From Cenococcum geophilum (lineage: Eukaryota), in NCBI GenBank assembly GCA_050273025.1, contig CP158635.1, positions 15,810,001-15,874,000 on the forward strand: a DNA stretch of 64,000 nucleotides. Reading direction: 5' to 3'. Numbering within the stretch: the first letter of the stretch is position 1; each line of letters begins with the position of its first letter. The translations under genes and the position numbers were made by a program. Below the pieces are notes generated by a model. That model ran no database searches. It saw only the letters and a program-made list of their open reading frames with translations, and was not told where the DNA came from. This document shows positions 23,889 through 38,698 of the stretch, in pieces.

Positions 23889-26800
23889 TATAATATGCTA
23901 CTAGGTGCCATCCATCTTAATATTTTTATATAAAGTATGCCCCTAGTATATAGTCTAATGTATCTATTTTTATAACCGTTTTTAGTCCTAGTTAATAGAT
24001 CTTAAGAACTGGCTCCTAGGTAAATAACTCCTTAACTGTCCTAAAGAGTTCTCTTTGTTCCTCTCCCTATACTTATAGTTCTTCTTTCTTTATTAATCGC
24101 ATAAATAGCTTAATATTCTTTAACTATTACGCTATAAACCTTCTATAGTAATTATAAAACCCTAGGAATAATCTTAACTATATAACGTTCTCTAATTTTT
24201 ACTAATTTACTATAGCCTTAATCTTCTTTAGATCTATGCTAAGTTGGCCTAGTTTAATAATAAATCTAATAAAATTGGTCTTCCTAGTAAAGAACTCGCA
24301 TTTCTTAATTACTACTAGTATCTATTCTTCTTATAGTCTCTTTAAGACCCATTTAATGTGTTCTCCGTATTCTTCCTTACTTATTAAGTAGATAATAATA
24401 TCGTTAAGATATACTATAATAAATTTATCTAAGTATTCTCCTAATATATTATTAATACGCTTTTGGAACGTTGCTAGTATATTTATAAGCCTAAATTATA
24501 TAACTAATAGTTTATATAGTCCTTCCTTTAACCTAAAGGCTGCCTTTTATTTATCGCCTTCCTTAATTCTAATTTAATAGTATACCTATCTCAGATCTAT
24601 CTTCGTAAAGATTTATACGTTGCCTATTCTATCTTAGATTTCGCTAATTAAGGGTAAAGGATACTTATCCTTCCTAGTAATACTATTTAACTGTTTATAG
24701 TTAATATACAGCCTTAGTTTACTATTTTTCTTTAGTATAAATAGTACTAGATAACCCGCTAATAACTGCAATAGTTTAATATATCCTTTTCGTAAGTTTT
24801 CCTAGACAAACTCTTTTAATACTCTACCTTCTTCTTCGGTAAGCTTATAGATTAAAAAAAACCTTAAACTTATTCCTAGTTTTAATTCTATCTTATAGTC
24901 CTATATTATATACTTTAATAGCTTTTTACTTTTTAGTAACTATAGTTTCTTACTATACTTATAGTATTTCTTTAGTATATAACTTAAGCCTTACTTAGTC
25001 TCTTTATACGTCGCTCTAACCTAATACTATATTAACTTAGCTTATTATTATATCTTGCGGCATTAAGTATCTCTAATATTAACCTAACCTATAACCTAAT
25101 TAATCTTTAGATTATATTCCTATAACTAAGGCATTTCTAGTACTACCTTATTATTTCCTAATAGTAATATATTAAAAGACATCTTAATTTATTTTCCTTT
25201 AATAGTTAACTAAATAGGTCCTATTTTAAGATTAATAATACCTCCTCTATAGGCTATTAGATCTCCTAAAATCATTACTAATAGGTAAAAATACTCCTTT
25301 TTCCTATATAGTAACCCCATTCTTTTAACTGTTACTAATAAGATATAGTTCCTTATTGCTCTACTATCTATTAATGCTTTAAACTGCTAATCTTACTATT
25401 TAATTTATAAATTTAGGTATTATCCTTAAATTCCTTTAAGGGTTTAAGGCTCTATTACTAGCTTCCTCTAGTTTTATAAACCTCTACTTTTCCTAATTAT
25501 TAGCTGCTTAATCCTATTTATACTTAGTCTACTTTTAGCTAATACTTAGTTCGCTTTTTATCTTTAATATGCTATAGATATATATTCTCTAGGCATTCCC
25601 ACCACTATTATCCATCTAGGCATTCTTCTATAAGGAATTTTTCTAGCTAAAGTATTAAGTTTCCTAACTCCTAAACTTCTATTAGATGCTAGCTATATAT
25701 ATACTTAGCATTCTAGTATTTTTATTCCTTAGTTATCTAATATATTCTTATAGGATATTTTTAATACTTATTTTTAGGTGCTTTATATATATTATACGCA
25801 TTATCTACGTACATAATCTATAATAGCGTATAATATACTTAGTATCTTAAGTTAACTCTTAGCTCGTCTTTATTCTTAAGTTTAAACCTCTATTATATTA
25901 ATCTAAATGTTATAACTTTATTTATAGGTACTAAGATACGTCTCTTACTTCTCTAGTCCTTTAAACATTTCTTTAGATCTTTTAATGTTATAATTAAGGC
26001 TCCTTTAATATAATTTATCGCCTTTTCTATAATTGGGTGGTCTTAAATAACTTTTTCGTCTAATTATATATAGAAATCTTCCTACTTATTATTGTGCCTT
26101 TATTTATACTACTTTTAGTATAGCTATTAGAGTATATATAGCTTATCTATAAGGAAGGATCTTCTTATTACTACATCGTAACAGCCCTTTATGTGTTATT
26201 CTTCGAATCTAGTTAGAATCCCTAGATCCTCTTCTTATTCCAGTTTAGTTAGCTATTTAGCTCTTAATATACCTACTCTCGGCCTATTAGTAATTCTTTA
26301 TATAGATACTTTATTTTTTATATATCCTAATATACTATATCTTTTATCTAGTTTCTATTCTTACTATAAGGCGATTCTTGCTCTAAATTCCTCTATAGTT
26401 TCTTTCTTTTCACGTCTTATAAGTAGATCTTTAAAGTCTTCCTACTTTCTAATCTTTATATTAACTTTTTAATCTTTAGGCCGAATACTATATTCCCCTA
26501 ATAAGTCCTCTAGGTTTATATATCTATCTCCTAGTCTAGTTGCTATTTATACTATAGATTCTCTAATCTAACTAATAGTCCTTATTTATGTCTTAAAGTC
26601 TTAGTTCTATAGAATTCTTAATCCTAAGCTTACTTCTAACTTAAGCTTTACTCCTACCTTAGTCTAACTAGGCTTATTAGGTATTTTTATCTTATCTTAA
26701 AAGTCTTAAATCTTACTTATTTTGTTTTAAGAGTTTTATGCCTATAGGAAACTCTATCCCAAGCTTATTTATATATCTTTAAACTAAGCTACTACCCTAC

Positions 26801-28469
26801 TCTATTGGTTTCTATCTATTATGGGTCCTTAAGTATACCTTATCTTGCCTTAAAAATCTTAGTTATCTCTTATCTCGCTATAAGAATCTTAAGCCTTTAG
26901 CCTCTTACCTTTATTAAATATTAAAGTAGTTTGCTGCCCTACTTCTCTTATATCTTATAAAGCGATAAACATCGTGTCTAGCGGGGTTTTAATCCCTACT
27001 AATATTCCCTACTCTATAGTGGAATTATCCTCTACCTCTATTATAATATCTTTAAGGTCTATATACTTCTAGTAAGCCGCCTTTATTACCTTATTATTAT
27101 GGAATATTTCGCCTATATTAAATTTATTGTCCTTAATGTCTAATCTATAAACTAGTTTATTAGTTCCTCTATATACTATAGATTTCGGCTCCTATAGCTA
27201 ATAGCTTACGCCATACTTAGCATCTTTATAAATTTAGTATACGTTATTATAATAAAACGCAAAACTTCTAATTAAATATTCTTTTGTTCCTCGTAGTATA
27301 CTATTATCCCTCTATATATATATATCTTTTACTACTAGTCTTATTCCCTTTATTATATGGTAACTCTAACTATCTTTATAATCCCTTATAAAATAACCTT
27401 ATTTCCTATAATTTATATAAGCTCCATCTTTAAACTATTAACTTTACTATAAAGTCCGCCTAAATATCTTTTACTACTAAGATCTCTAGTTTAACCTTTA
27501 CTCCTTAGTCCTATAATTACTAGATCCTTAACCTCTAGGTTTTTATAGTTTTTTACTTTATCTCTTATAGGCTTTTTTAGTACTACTTAGGTCTATTAGC
27601 TTTACGCTATACTATAGTTTCTAACTTAACTTTAGTTAATGCGTACCCTACGCCTTATATAACTGTAAAACTCTATCCTAACCTCTCTTAGCCTATTTCC
27701 TTTAGTAGATCCAATTATTAATCTTAATCGCTTAATTTATTAAATCCCTTAGGGTATCTATATCTTCTATTAAAATAATTACGTCCTAGACTTTAGCCTT
27801 AAGTCCCTATTTATACTATACTATAAGCGCCTTATTATTCTACTTAACTTACGTTACTAACGTCTGGAACTATATTATATATTTAATTGCTAAAGTTTAT
27901 TATGTAATATCTTAGAGTTTTCTTTCCGCTATAGTTACTGCCTCTAAGTCTCTAAATATTTATATAAGTCGCTCCATAAACCCTTTCTAGCTTAAAAATA
28001 TAAATCGCACCTCTTAATTAGTGGTTGTTATTCTATTTACCTATATCTCCGTAAGGTAAAGCTTAAACTACTTAAGTGCTCTTCCTAATAGGAATAGTCC
28101 TACGTAGGCTATTTAATCTATAAGTATAGGTAGCTTTACCCCTTCTTATATAACTTTAAAGTATATTTATATAAGGAATCCTTTAAGCTTTAATCTCTCT
28201 CCTAAGAATCTCTTAATTAATAGTAGCTTAACCCTCGCTGCTTTTATCCCATTAACCCTTTCTTCTAGCGCCGCATTATTTATTATTAACTGGTTAATTA
28301 CCTCTTATAATTATCTAACTATTATAGGTTGTTATAAATTAGTGTCTACTATACTGGTATTACCTAACCTTAAAGTAGTTGCTGCCGTTAATGGCGTTGT
28401 AGTAGTAGCTGCTTTTAGTAGCATATTGTTTAACTTTCTACACTTATAACCGTAACTAGGTAGTAATTA

Positions 28470-28894
28470 TATAATAGAACCTTATAGTAAAAACTATGGT
28501 AGGCTTATTATTAGGCTAGGTATATAGGTAAAGTAAGTTAAAGTTAATAATTATAATAATAACTAGTGGAGTAGTTGCCTAATAGATTAACTCTAATTAT
28601 ATTCTGAAAATTACTATAAAGAAGGAGCTATATAGGTAGGGATTATAGTCCTTTAAATACATAACTGTACTCCTAAGAAATCCTTTTTATATATAATATA
28701 CGTGTACTTTATCTACTCTATTACAGATTATATAGATTATATAGATTATATAGATTACCCTATATAATCTTAGTTACTATTTCTCGTTATATAGTTCTAC
28801 TAGCTCTATCCTAAACTGTACCTAAATTAACTAACTAGCTTCTTCTAACTCTTCTCTAAGTAGTCGTAATATTGTATTTAAAGCGTCCGTAACA
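28470..28894 (-). repeat. 5' LTR of A
   Basis: Ends gcgtccgtaaca, followed by TSD cctaa. Confidence 0.93.
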
Positions 28895-29498
28895 CCTAAA
28901 GTCCTTTAGAGTAGTAGTAGTATAATATCTTCTTCTAGCGGACCCCCTACGCCTAGGGGTTGCCTTAACGGCGCGTTTATAGGGTTTGTTTTTCCCGCCC
29001 TATACTTAATTATAAAGTTATAGGTAGCTAATGCTATAGCCTATCTGGCTTACCGTCTATTAAGGGCTTTTACTTTTATAAAACCCTTTAGATTATTATA
29101 ATCTATAAGCACTTCTAGACAGCTTAATAGCCCCTTACTATAGTGTCTCTAATGCTTAAAAGCCTCTATAATAGCTAGTAGCTCCTAATTATAGGTCTTA
29201 TAATTGCGCTTTATTACTAAAAGCTTTCTAAACTAAAAGGCTATTAGATGCTAAAGGCCGTCTTTAAATAGCTATAATATAATAGCTGCTAGGCCTTATA
29301 TTAAGGCATTAGTCTCTAATTAAGTTAGTAAGCCTAGTGTATAGTATTATAAAAGCGGCGCCGTTATAAAAGCGTTATAGAGCTAGTGTATTGCCTACTC
29401 CGCCTCTTTTAGCCAACTAAAAGGCCTAGCTTTATAGCCGTTCTTTACTCCTTTATAGAGATTAGTAATAAGCTTTATAATAATTAAGTACTTATAGA

Positions 29499-29922
29499 TA
29501 TTACGGACGCTTTAAGTACGATATTATAACTACTTAGGGAAGAGTTGGAAGAAGCTAGTTAGTTAATTTAGGCATAGTCTAGGATAGAACCGGTAGAGCT
29601 ATATAATAAGGGATAGTAGTTAAGGTTATATAACGCGATTTATATAATCTAGAGGATCTATATAATCCGTAATAGAGTAGATAAAGCATACGTATATTAC
29701 ATATAAGAAGGATTTTATAGGAGTACGGTTGTGTATTTAAGGACCCTTAATTCCTACCTAGATAGTTCCTTTCTTATAGTGATTTTCAGAATACCATTAG
29801 AGTTAATTTATTAGGCAACCATTCCACTAATTATTATTACGTTATTAACTTTAATTTGTATTACTTATATACCTAACCTAATAACGAGCCTATTATAGTT
29901 CTTGCTATAAGGTTCTGTTATA
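29499..29922 (+). repeat. 5' LTR of B
   Basis: tattacggacgc...ggttctgttata; direct repeat of 47618-48041. Confidence 0.93.
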
Positions 29923-29969
29923 CAATTACTACCTAGTTATGGTATTAAATATAGAAAGTTAAATAATAT

Positions 29970-32895
29970 ACCACTAAAAGCAGCTACTACGACGTTATTG
30001 ACGGCGGCAACTACTTTAAGGTTAGGTAATACTAGTATAGCAGATACTAACTTATAGCAACCTATAACGGTCGGACAGCTATAAGAGATAGTTAACTAGT
30101 TAATAGCTAATAATGTAGTAATAAAAGAAAGGGTTAATAGAATAGAAGCAGTAAGGATTAAATTACTATTAATTAAGAGATTCTTAGGAGAGAGATTAAA
30201 GCTTAAAGGATTCCTTATGTAAATGCACTTTAAGGTTATATAAAAAGGGGTAAAGCTACTAATACCTATAGATCGAATAGCCTATATAGGACTATTCCTA
30301 TTAGGAAGAGCACTTAAGTAGTTTAAGCCTTACTTTATAGAAATATAGGTAAACGTAATAACGACTACTAATTAAAAGGTGTGGTTTATATTCTTAAGCT
30401 AGGAGGGGTTTATAGAGCGACTTATATAAATATTTAGAGACCTAAAGGCAGTAACTACGGCGGAAAGAAAACTTTAAGATATTATGTAATAAACCTTAAC
30501 AATTAAGTATACAATGTAGTTCTAGACGCTAATAATATAAATAGAGTAGAATAATAGGGCGCTTATAGTATAGTATAAATAGGGACTTAAGGCTAAAGTC
30601 TAAGACGTAATTATTCTAATAGAAGATATAGATACCCTATAGGATTTAATAGATTAAGCAATTAAGATTAATAATTAGATCTACTAAAGGGAATAGGCTA
30701 AAAGGGGTTAGGATAGAGTTCTATAGTTATATAAGGCGTAAAGTACGTAATAATAAAAGCTAAGTTAGAAACTATGGTATAGCGCAGAGCTAATAGACCT
30801 AAGTAGTACTAAAGAAGCCTATAAGAAATGGAGTAAAAAACTATAAAAACCTAAAGGTTAAGGATCTAGTAATTATAGGATTAAGAAGTAAAGGCTAAAT
30901 TAGGGATCTTAGCAGCAGAAGACATTTAGGCGGACTTTATAGTAAAGTTAATAGTTTAAAGATAGAGCTTATATAAATTATAGGAAACGAGGTTATTTTA
31001 TAAGGGATTATAAAGATAGTTAGAGTTACTATGTAATAAAGGGAACTAGATTAGTAGTAAAAGATATATATATATAGAGGGATAATAGTATACTATAAGG
31101 AATAAGAGAATATTTAATTAGAAGTTTCTTATTTTATTATAATAACGTATACTAAATTTATAAAGACGCTAAGTATAGCGTAAGCTATTAGCTATAAGAG
31201 CCAAAATTTATAAAGTATAAAGGAACTAATAAACTAGTTTATAGATTGGATATTAAGGATAATAAATTTAACGTAGGCGAAATATTTAGTAACTATAAGG
31301 TAATAAGGGCGGCTTACTAGAAGTATATAAACCTTAAAGATGTTATAAAAGAGGTAGAGGATAATTCTACTATAGAATAGGGAACATTAGTAGGGATTAA
31401 GACCCCACTAGATATAATATCTATTGCTTTACGAAATGTAAGAGAAGTAGGATAGTAAACCACTTTAGCACTTAATAAAGGCAAAAGGCTAAAGGCTTAA
31501 AATTCTTAAGACGAGATAAGGTATACCTAAGGACCTATAATAGATAGTAACCGATAAAGTAGGGCAGTAGCTTAGTTTAAAGATATATAAATAAGCTTGG
31601 AATAGAGTTTCCTATAGGTATAAAACTCTTAAGATAAAATAAGTAAAATTTAAGACTTTTAAGATGAGATAAGAATACTAAATAAGCCTAGTTAGACTAA
31701 GGTAGGAGTAAAGCTTAAGTTAGAAGCGAGATTAGGATTAAGAATTCTATAAAACTAAGATTTTAAAATATAAATAAGGACTATTAATAAGATTAGAGAA
31801 TCTATAGTATAAATAGTAACTAGATTAGGAGACAGATATATAGACCTAGAAGACTTACTAGGGGAATATAGTATTTAGCCTAAAGATTAAAAAACTAATA
31901 CTAAGATTAAGAAGTAAGACGACTTTAAGGATCTACTTATAAGACGCGAAAAGAAAGAAACTATAGAGGAATTTAGAGTAAGAATTACCTTATAGTAAGA
32001 ATAGAAACTAGATAAGAGATCTAGTATGTTAGGACGTATAAGGGATAAAGCGCTAGTATAAAGAATTACTAATAGGCCTAGAATAGGCATACTAAGAGCT
32101 AAGTAGCTTACTAAACTAGAATAAGAAGAGGATCTAGAAATTCTAACTAGATTTAAAAAATGATATATAAAAGGCTATTATAATATAGTAATAAGAAGAT
32201 ACTTCCTTATGGACAAACTATATATACTCTAGCGGCTATACTAAAAGTGGTATAGGTAAAGGCATAATAATAAGTGGGAAGATTTCTATATATAGTTAGA
32301 TAAGAAAGTTATTTAGAACTACCCTATTACGGAAAAGGCGATAAGTTATATTAAAGGAGCCTTAATTATAACGTTAAAGGATTTAAAGGAACGTTTAGAG
32401 GACTAAAGAAGTAAGAGATATATTTTAGTACCTGCGAATAAAGTTATAACGTTTAGATTAATATAATAGAGGTTTAAACTTAAGAATAAAGACGAGCTAA
32501 GAGTTAACTTAAGATACTAAGTATATTATACGCTATTATAGATTATATATATAGATAATACGTATAGTATATATAAAGCACTTAAGGATAAGTATTATAA
32601 GTACCCTATGAGAATATATTAGTTAGTAAAGGAAAAGAAATACTAGAATACTAAGTATATATATAGCTAGCATTTAGTAGAAGTATAAGAATTAGGAAAC
32701 TTAATACTTTAGCTAAAATAATTCCTTATGGAAGAATACCTAGACGGATAATAGTAGTAGGAATGCCTAGAGAATATATATCTATAGTATATTAAAGATA
32801 AAAAGCGAACTAAGTATTAGCTAAAGTTGGACTAAGTATAAATAGAATTAAATAGCTAATAGTTAGGAAAAGTAGAGGCCTATAGAACTAAAGGA
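29970..32895 (+). pseudogene. Extended gag of B, with a long Cys/His-motif region after the zinc knuckle
   Basis: Gag core and CCHC to about 31010, then about 1.9 kb of further codon-like sequence up to a ttaggaaaagtag gag-end motif near 32865. The same region is present in A at about 25480-27400. Confidence 0.6.
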
Positions 32896-33135
32896 AACTA
32901 ATAGTAGAGCCTTAAACCCTTAAAGAAATTTAAAAACAATACCTAAATTTATAAATTAAGTAGCAAGATTAACAATTTAAGGCATTAATAGATAGTGGAG
33001 TAATAAGGAACCATATCTTACTAGCAGTAGTTAAAAAAATAGGTTTACCACACAGGAAAAAGGAGCACCTTTACCTATTAGTAATAATTTTAGGAGATCT
33101 AATAGCCTATAAAGGAGGGATTATTAACCTTAAAA

Positions 33136-36100
33136 GATTGTTTAACTAAAACGCACTTTAATAAAAGAGGAGCTCTTGCTGCACCTGGCCTAAAAAGACT
33201 AAAACCAACCAAAAGAACCCTGAAAAACACCTAGAGAATCCCCCTAAGATGTATACATCGCAGGGGAGGCATACGTTAAACGACGGTAGTTCGCACTTAC
33301 GCGCGTCTACTAGAACCACGCCTAGTAATAGCCCTCTATAATAAGAACGGGCGAATACTACACTATAAAGCGGAAAGACCTCTATTAAGAAGGCATCTAA
33401 CAAAATATAAAGCCTATTAGACACGTCTAGTATCCGCAGTTATAGGGGAGTAACTGTTAGCTATAACAAACTAATATAGCTAGCAGAATGGCTCCGCTAG
33501 TTTAGCGAACCCTAGGCGCCCCTCTAGTAAACCCTTAACTAAATCCTCTAATGGTTAAGTAAAATTAAAAATAAATAAAACCCCTCCTTACTGGCAAACC
33601 GCACCTAGGCCGCTATAGCTGCGTATCCATAGTATAGGGAACCTACCCCCCTAAAGACAATATCTGGGTATATAATTATAATATAACTAAATATAGAAAA
33701 AGTAGAGGGGCTTAGGGGATAATTAGAAATAGAAGTCCTTATAGAGATTTATAAAGAGGTCCATAACGTTATTATAGTCCAACACCTTAGGAGCGGAGAT
33801 ATTAGAGTTACCCTAAGGAACTAACAGGTAAAGAAATAAGCCGTTAGGGTAGGGGACAGGCTAGGAGAATATATTAGCATAAAAGTGCTCTATAAAGATT
33901 ACCCAGTTAAAGTCCTAGCGGTTTCCCTAAGCCTTAGGGTAGAAAAGGGACGCCAGGCGGATAATATAGTAACTATATATAAGATAGTAAAATAAACGGA
34001 ACGCCTTATACTAGGACTTAAAATCACCTAAATTTAATGGCTTTAATAGGAAAATGTAAACTAAGTATATAATAAAATAATAAAAGAATATAAGGGTCGC
34101 CAGAGACTCGCTAGGGAAACGCCGGTCGAACGTATAGCTCCCTTATTATTAGCACACATATACCAAAAATGCAAAAACTCCTTATTTAAAAAGGTATTAT
34201 TATAAATAGCCTTATATACAATACAAGGCTCTATAACCACAGACTCCGCCTAGAATAATACTATCGCTATGTATAATAGGGACATACCTAATCCATATGC
34301 GCAGTATAGGTATACTACGGCCACTATATAGGCCCCTATAATATAAGACAATACTTAAATTAAAATTAAATAAAATGCGCAAACTGCCACTAAAGCACAT
34401 ATAAGGCGTAAGAGAGAGTAGACTACATTAAATATAAGAGACGGAAGGTAAGGGCTTAACAGCTACGGGAATAACTGCATACTAGGTTATATAAATAGAA
34501 ATAATAGGCGATAAGCTAGGGGGGCGCGGGTGCCTTTTTAGCGTTTCCTACCTTTAATACTAGGGGGCTAGGCTAGCTATTCCAAGCCTTAATAGGCCAG
34601 AAGCAACGCCGCGCGATATTACTAGACTGTATAGGGATATAAGGGTCATAGGGGACATAAGGAAGAAAACGCCCTATAGGAAGACCCTTATAGACAGCTA
34701 TAGTAAGCTTAAGACTAGGATAATTAAGAATTAGACTTAACGCGGTAAATATAAAATTCGTAGCTAACTCTTAAAGGGCATATAGCTAACTAGTAAGAAT
34801 AGGGGAAGAACCGGAGACAATAACAGATTTAGATATAGAAGCGCTAGTAGGAATACAAGACATAGGAATAGAAAGCTCTATATAAAATAAGTAGCAGCTA
34901 GGGTGTAGATATAAGAGATAGAAGTTCTAAATATTCTAGAGAAAGTAGAAATAGAAGAAGTAAGGAATAAAGGAGAGGCGAAGGACCCTCACTGGGGGTC
35001 CGCCACCTATCTATTATATAGTATAACTGCGGCAATACAAACCACCGTCTCGCAAGGCCCTTACTAGATAGCCTAGACCTAGAGAAATATTATATCCTTA
35101 CTATATAAGAGCCGTATTATAATACCTACATATAATTAACATACTGCCCCTAAGGATTTTAGCTCCTATATAAACCAAAAGTAGCTATACGCGTGTGCTT
35201 TATAATTAGTAAGGCTATTAGCCTATCCTTATAGTTATAGCAGGCAGTTAACCTAGATATTACAGTTATAATAATCTAGATATATAGGGGACCAGTATAG
35301 ATTATTAATGTGTATAACCCTAGGGTTAAAGAGGTCCCATAAATAGAGAATATTATATTAGCGATAAGCTTACTAAAAACTAAAGGTATAGAGTTTATCC
35401 TATTAGGAGATATAAACCTCCACCACCTATGGTAGGGGGGTATTTATATTACTGCTAAACGATAGGCAGAGTGCCTACTAAGAGCTATAGACACCTAGGG
35501 CCTTAAGCTAGCCACCCCCCTAGAAGCAATTATATAGCAATAAGGCACCACTAGAAGTATAATTAACCTTATATTTATAGACGAAGGCCTATACTAGAGA
35601 CTTAAAAGGTATAACCCTAAAGAAGAATAGGTACTTACTTTAGACTATATCCCTATTTAGATATAGCTAGATCTAGATATTAAGGCGTAACCTAATAGTA
35701 AAAGATATATAATAAGAAAGCTTAAGACAGACAGCTTCCTTAGCATAGTTAAATAATAACTTTAAGACTTAGAAGAAATCCACCCAATACTAAATAAGCG
35801 AGGCTTATTAGCTACCCCTAAGGAAATCGACTAAAGACTAAAAAGGATTTAGGCAGCAATTAAAAATAGGCTAGAAGAGCACTACCCGGTCTTAAAACCG
35901 GGCCCCTATATACAATATATATAGTCCGCATAATACGCGGTTCTTATTGCCAGCCAACAATAAGTAAGAAGAAAATATATAAGCAGCCATAATCCTAAAG
36001 ACGAGAGACAATATAAAGATATAAGAAACCAGCTAAAGAATACCCTAAAAAAAGAAGTAAGGAATAGCTGGAGACGGTTTATAAATAAGCATATTACTAA

Positions 36101-38698
36101 CCTAAGCCTCCCCTATAATAAAGGTCTCTAGAGGATAGTAAAATAGGTAAAGAAAAAGGCGGGACGCCTAGTAGAAGACCTATACCTTCCACCCCTACAA
36201 AAACTAGGTGAATTACTGGCTATAAGCGACAATAATAAGAAGGTAAAGATTCTTATAGAAAGATTTTTCCCTTAACCAGCTTTAGTAGACCTCAGTAATA
36301 TTATAGGCGAAGCACCGGTGACTCGCCTAAGGGTCGATAACAATATAACAGCTAAAGAAATGACCAGAACTATTAGCCGCCTTTTAAATAATATAGCACT
36401 AGGACCAGATGGGATCCTAAATAAAGCCCTAAAGACCTACGGACCACTAATAGCACCTTAGCTTGCGGATATAGCTGGAGCATACTTTATAATAGGCTAC
36501 TACCCAAGACTTAGAAGAGCTATAATAACGTTTATCCTACGTAAAGAAGGTAAAGCAGACTACTTATTTCTAGGGAGCTACCGCCCTATTGCCTTAGAGA
36601 ATACCCTTAACAAGATCTTAGAAAGGGTAATAGCGGATTATATAGCAGACACGGTTAAGGAATACGCCCTACTACTATAAAGCTAAATAGGGGCAAGAAA
36701 GAACCGCTTAACACTATCAGCACTTACGCTACTCGCTACCACCATTAAATCTGCATGGGCGATGCGAAAGGACTTTATAGTATTAATGCTTAGCCTAGAT
36801 ATTAGTGGCGCCTATAATAACGTACCCCATAAGCGTCTCTTATATATCCTTAGGGCAAAAGGCTTCCTAAAATGGATTATATAATTTATTTAAGGGTTTA
36901 TAGGTTAAAAAGAAACATTATTAGTCTTTAGCAGATACTAAAGCCCCCCTATTATAGTTGCAACAGGAATACTATAAGGATTACCCCTCTCGCCTATACT
37001 CTTCCTTTTCTTTATAAGCAACCTACTTAATTTCTTTAAAGAAGGGGCGACCTAGGGGATAGGCTTTATTAATAATATAAACCTAATTATATACGGGCCA
37101 ATAGCCGCAGAGAATTATAGAACACTAGAGAAAGCTTATAATACCTATATAGAATGGGCAAGATAATATAGAGTCCAATTCTTACTAGAGAAATACTAGC
37201 TAATCTATTTTATAAGAAAACGCAACCAATCTGCAGATCTCTAGCATATAATTTGTATTTAAGGCTTTAGGGGTTAGCCAGTTTAGAGCCTAAGAGTATT
37301 AGGAGTATAGGTAGATAGTAAGCTTTAGTGGAGCGTATATACGGCGCAAGCGGCCCATAAGGGCTAAGTATAGTATATTATATTATCTAGGATTGTTAAC
37401 TCTATATAGGGTCCATGCTTTTAAAGGTCACGCCTACTATATATAGCAGTTATCCGGCTAACCATAATGTATAGGTCCAGTATTTAGGCCATTAGAGAAT
37501 CTAAGAAAGGCCCCCCTAAATCGCTCCTTAAACTACTCTAAAAGGTCTAAATAGCTTACCTCTGGAGTATAATAGGCGGATATAAGTAAACGGCCACAGC
37601 ACTACTTAAGAAGGAAGCTAATATTCCCCCCCTACAACTATATATTAAAGCTACTGCAATATAAAGGGCATAAAAGGAACGCAACTCTAATATTATAAAG
37701 TATATCAAGACACGCCTAAATAAACTATAGAGGGACCTTAGGGCGCCTTATAGGAGAACAAACCAATAACCCCAAAATAGGGAAGATATATTAGAAAAAT
37801 AGGTAAAGAAAGTAGAAGAAGAATGGCACTACTTTAGGGCCCAGGCCCATATAGAGGAGGAAGGGAGACGCGTAAAAGGCCAGCAAAGACAATAGTAAGA
37901 GAAAAAAAGGAGCTAAAGTAGAGCACAAAAGAACGCTAGGAAACTATCTACCGCAATATAATACTGGCTAGACTAACGCTAAAGAGGTATATAGGAGTTA
38001 AAGGTACAGAGGCTGACTAAGGTAAGAGGAACCTAAGCCGTAGTATAGTTAACGCTATGGGGGGTAAACACTCTAGAGCTCTAAGAAGGCCTAATAAAGG
38101 TAGAAAATATAATAGCAACACTCTTAAGAACAGGAATAATAGGACTAAAAGACTGGCTCTACTAGGTAGGTGTCCTAGTAGGTAGCCCGAGATATAAATA
38201 TAGCTAGCTAAAATAGACACTAAAATATATAATACTGTTATGCCCCTTACGCACTAACTAAGAAGTAATACTCTTAGTAGCTAGCATAGAGAACTATAAG
38301 ACACTACTTTTAATACAAAAAGGCCTTAAGGCGGTTACCTAGTAGCTTATTAGCTAAAATATACTAAACCAGTTCTGGGTTATAAAGGAAATGGCAATAG
38401 AGGGCGAAGGGGCGAGTAATAGGCGCCCCCTAATAACTCTATAGTAGTAGAGTAAAGTTTATAATACTAGCGCGTCCGTAGGCTTATTACGGCAGCAGTA
38501 GTTCCTAAGGAGGTTAAAAAGTAAGGTAGTAAGAGCACTACTAGTAACTCGCAGGCGCCTTATAGGCGAGTCCTAAAAGGCAGGGAGATAGATTACAGGG
38601 TTTTCTTAAATAGAGTTTTCTCCCTATATATATATAAGGAGTAGTCCGTATAGGCCTAATAGGGATCTAAATCGGACGTTAAATAATGAATTATTATT
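33136..38698 (+). mobile_element. Tad1-like LINE, apparently full length (5.56 kb), inserted just after the protease active site of B
   Basis: 16-bp TSD attattaaccttaaaa at 33120-33135 and 38699-38714; (att)n tail; candidate ORF1 ATG at 33249 with CCHC knuckles near 34255-34425; ORF2 about 35005-38450 collinear with the other copy. Confidence 0.93.

Larger units (their letters stand above)
16318..28894 (-). mobile_element. Ty3/Gypsy chromovirus copy A (same family as B), interrupted by a LINE
   Basis: LTRs 16318-16733 and 28470-28894; TSD cctaa at 16313-16317 and 28895-28899; polypurine tract complement ctatctccctcctctct at 16734. The interior is the reverse complement of B, with RT near 24200-24800, integrase 18000-18750 and a chromodomain near 17520-17650. 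Confidence 0.95.

Noticed and set aside
19389..38220. ORF-track entries 19389-19577, 23194-23394, 26191-26472, 31887-32090, 33158-33424, 34212-34400 and 38017-38220 as genes
   Set aside because: They are short antisense shadows of RIPed LINE or Gypsy reading frames. They recur only because the elements are duplicated.
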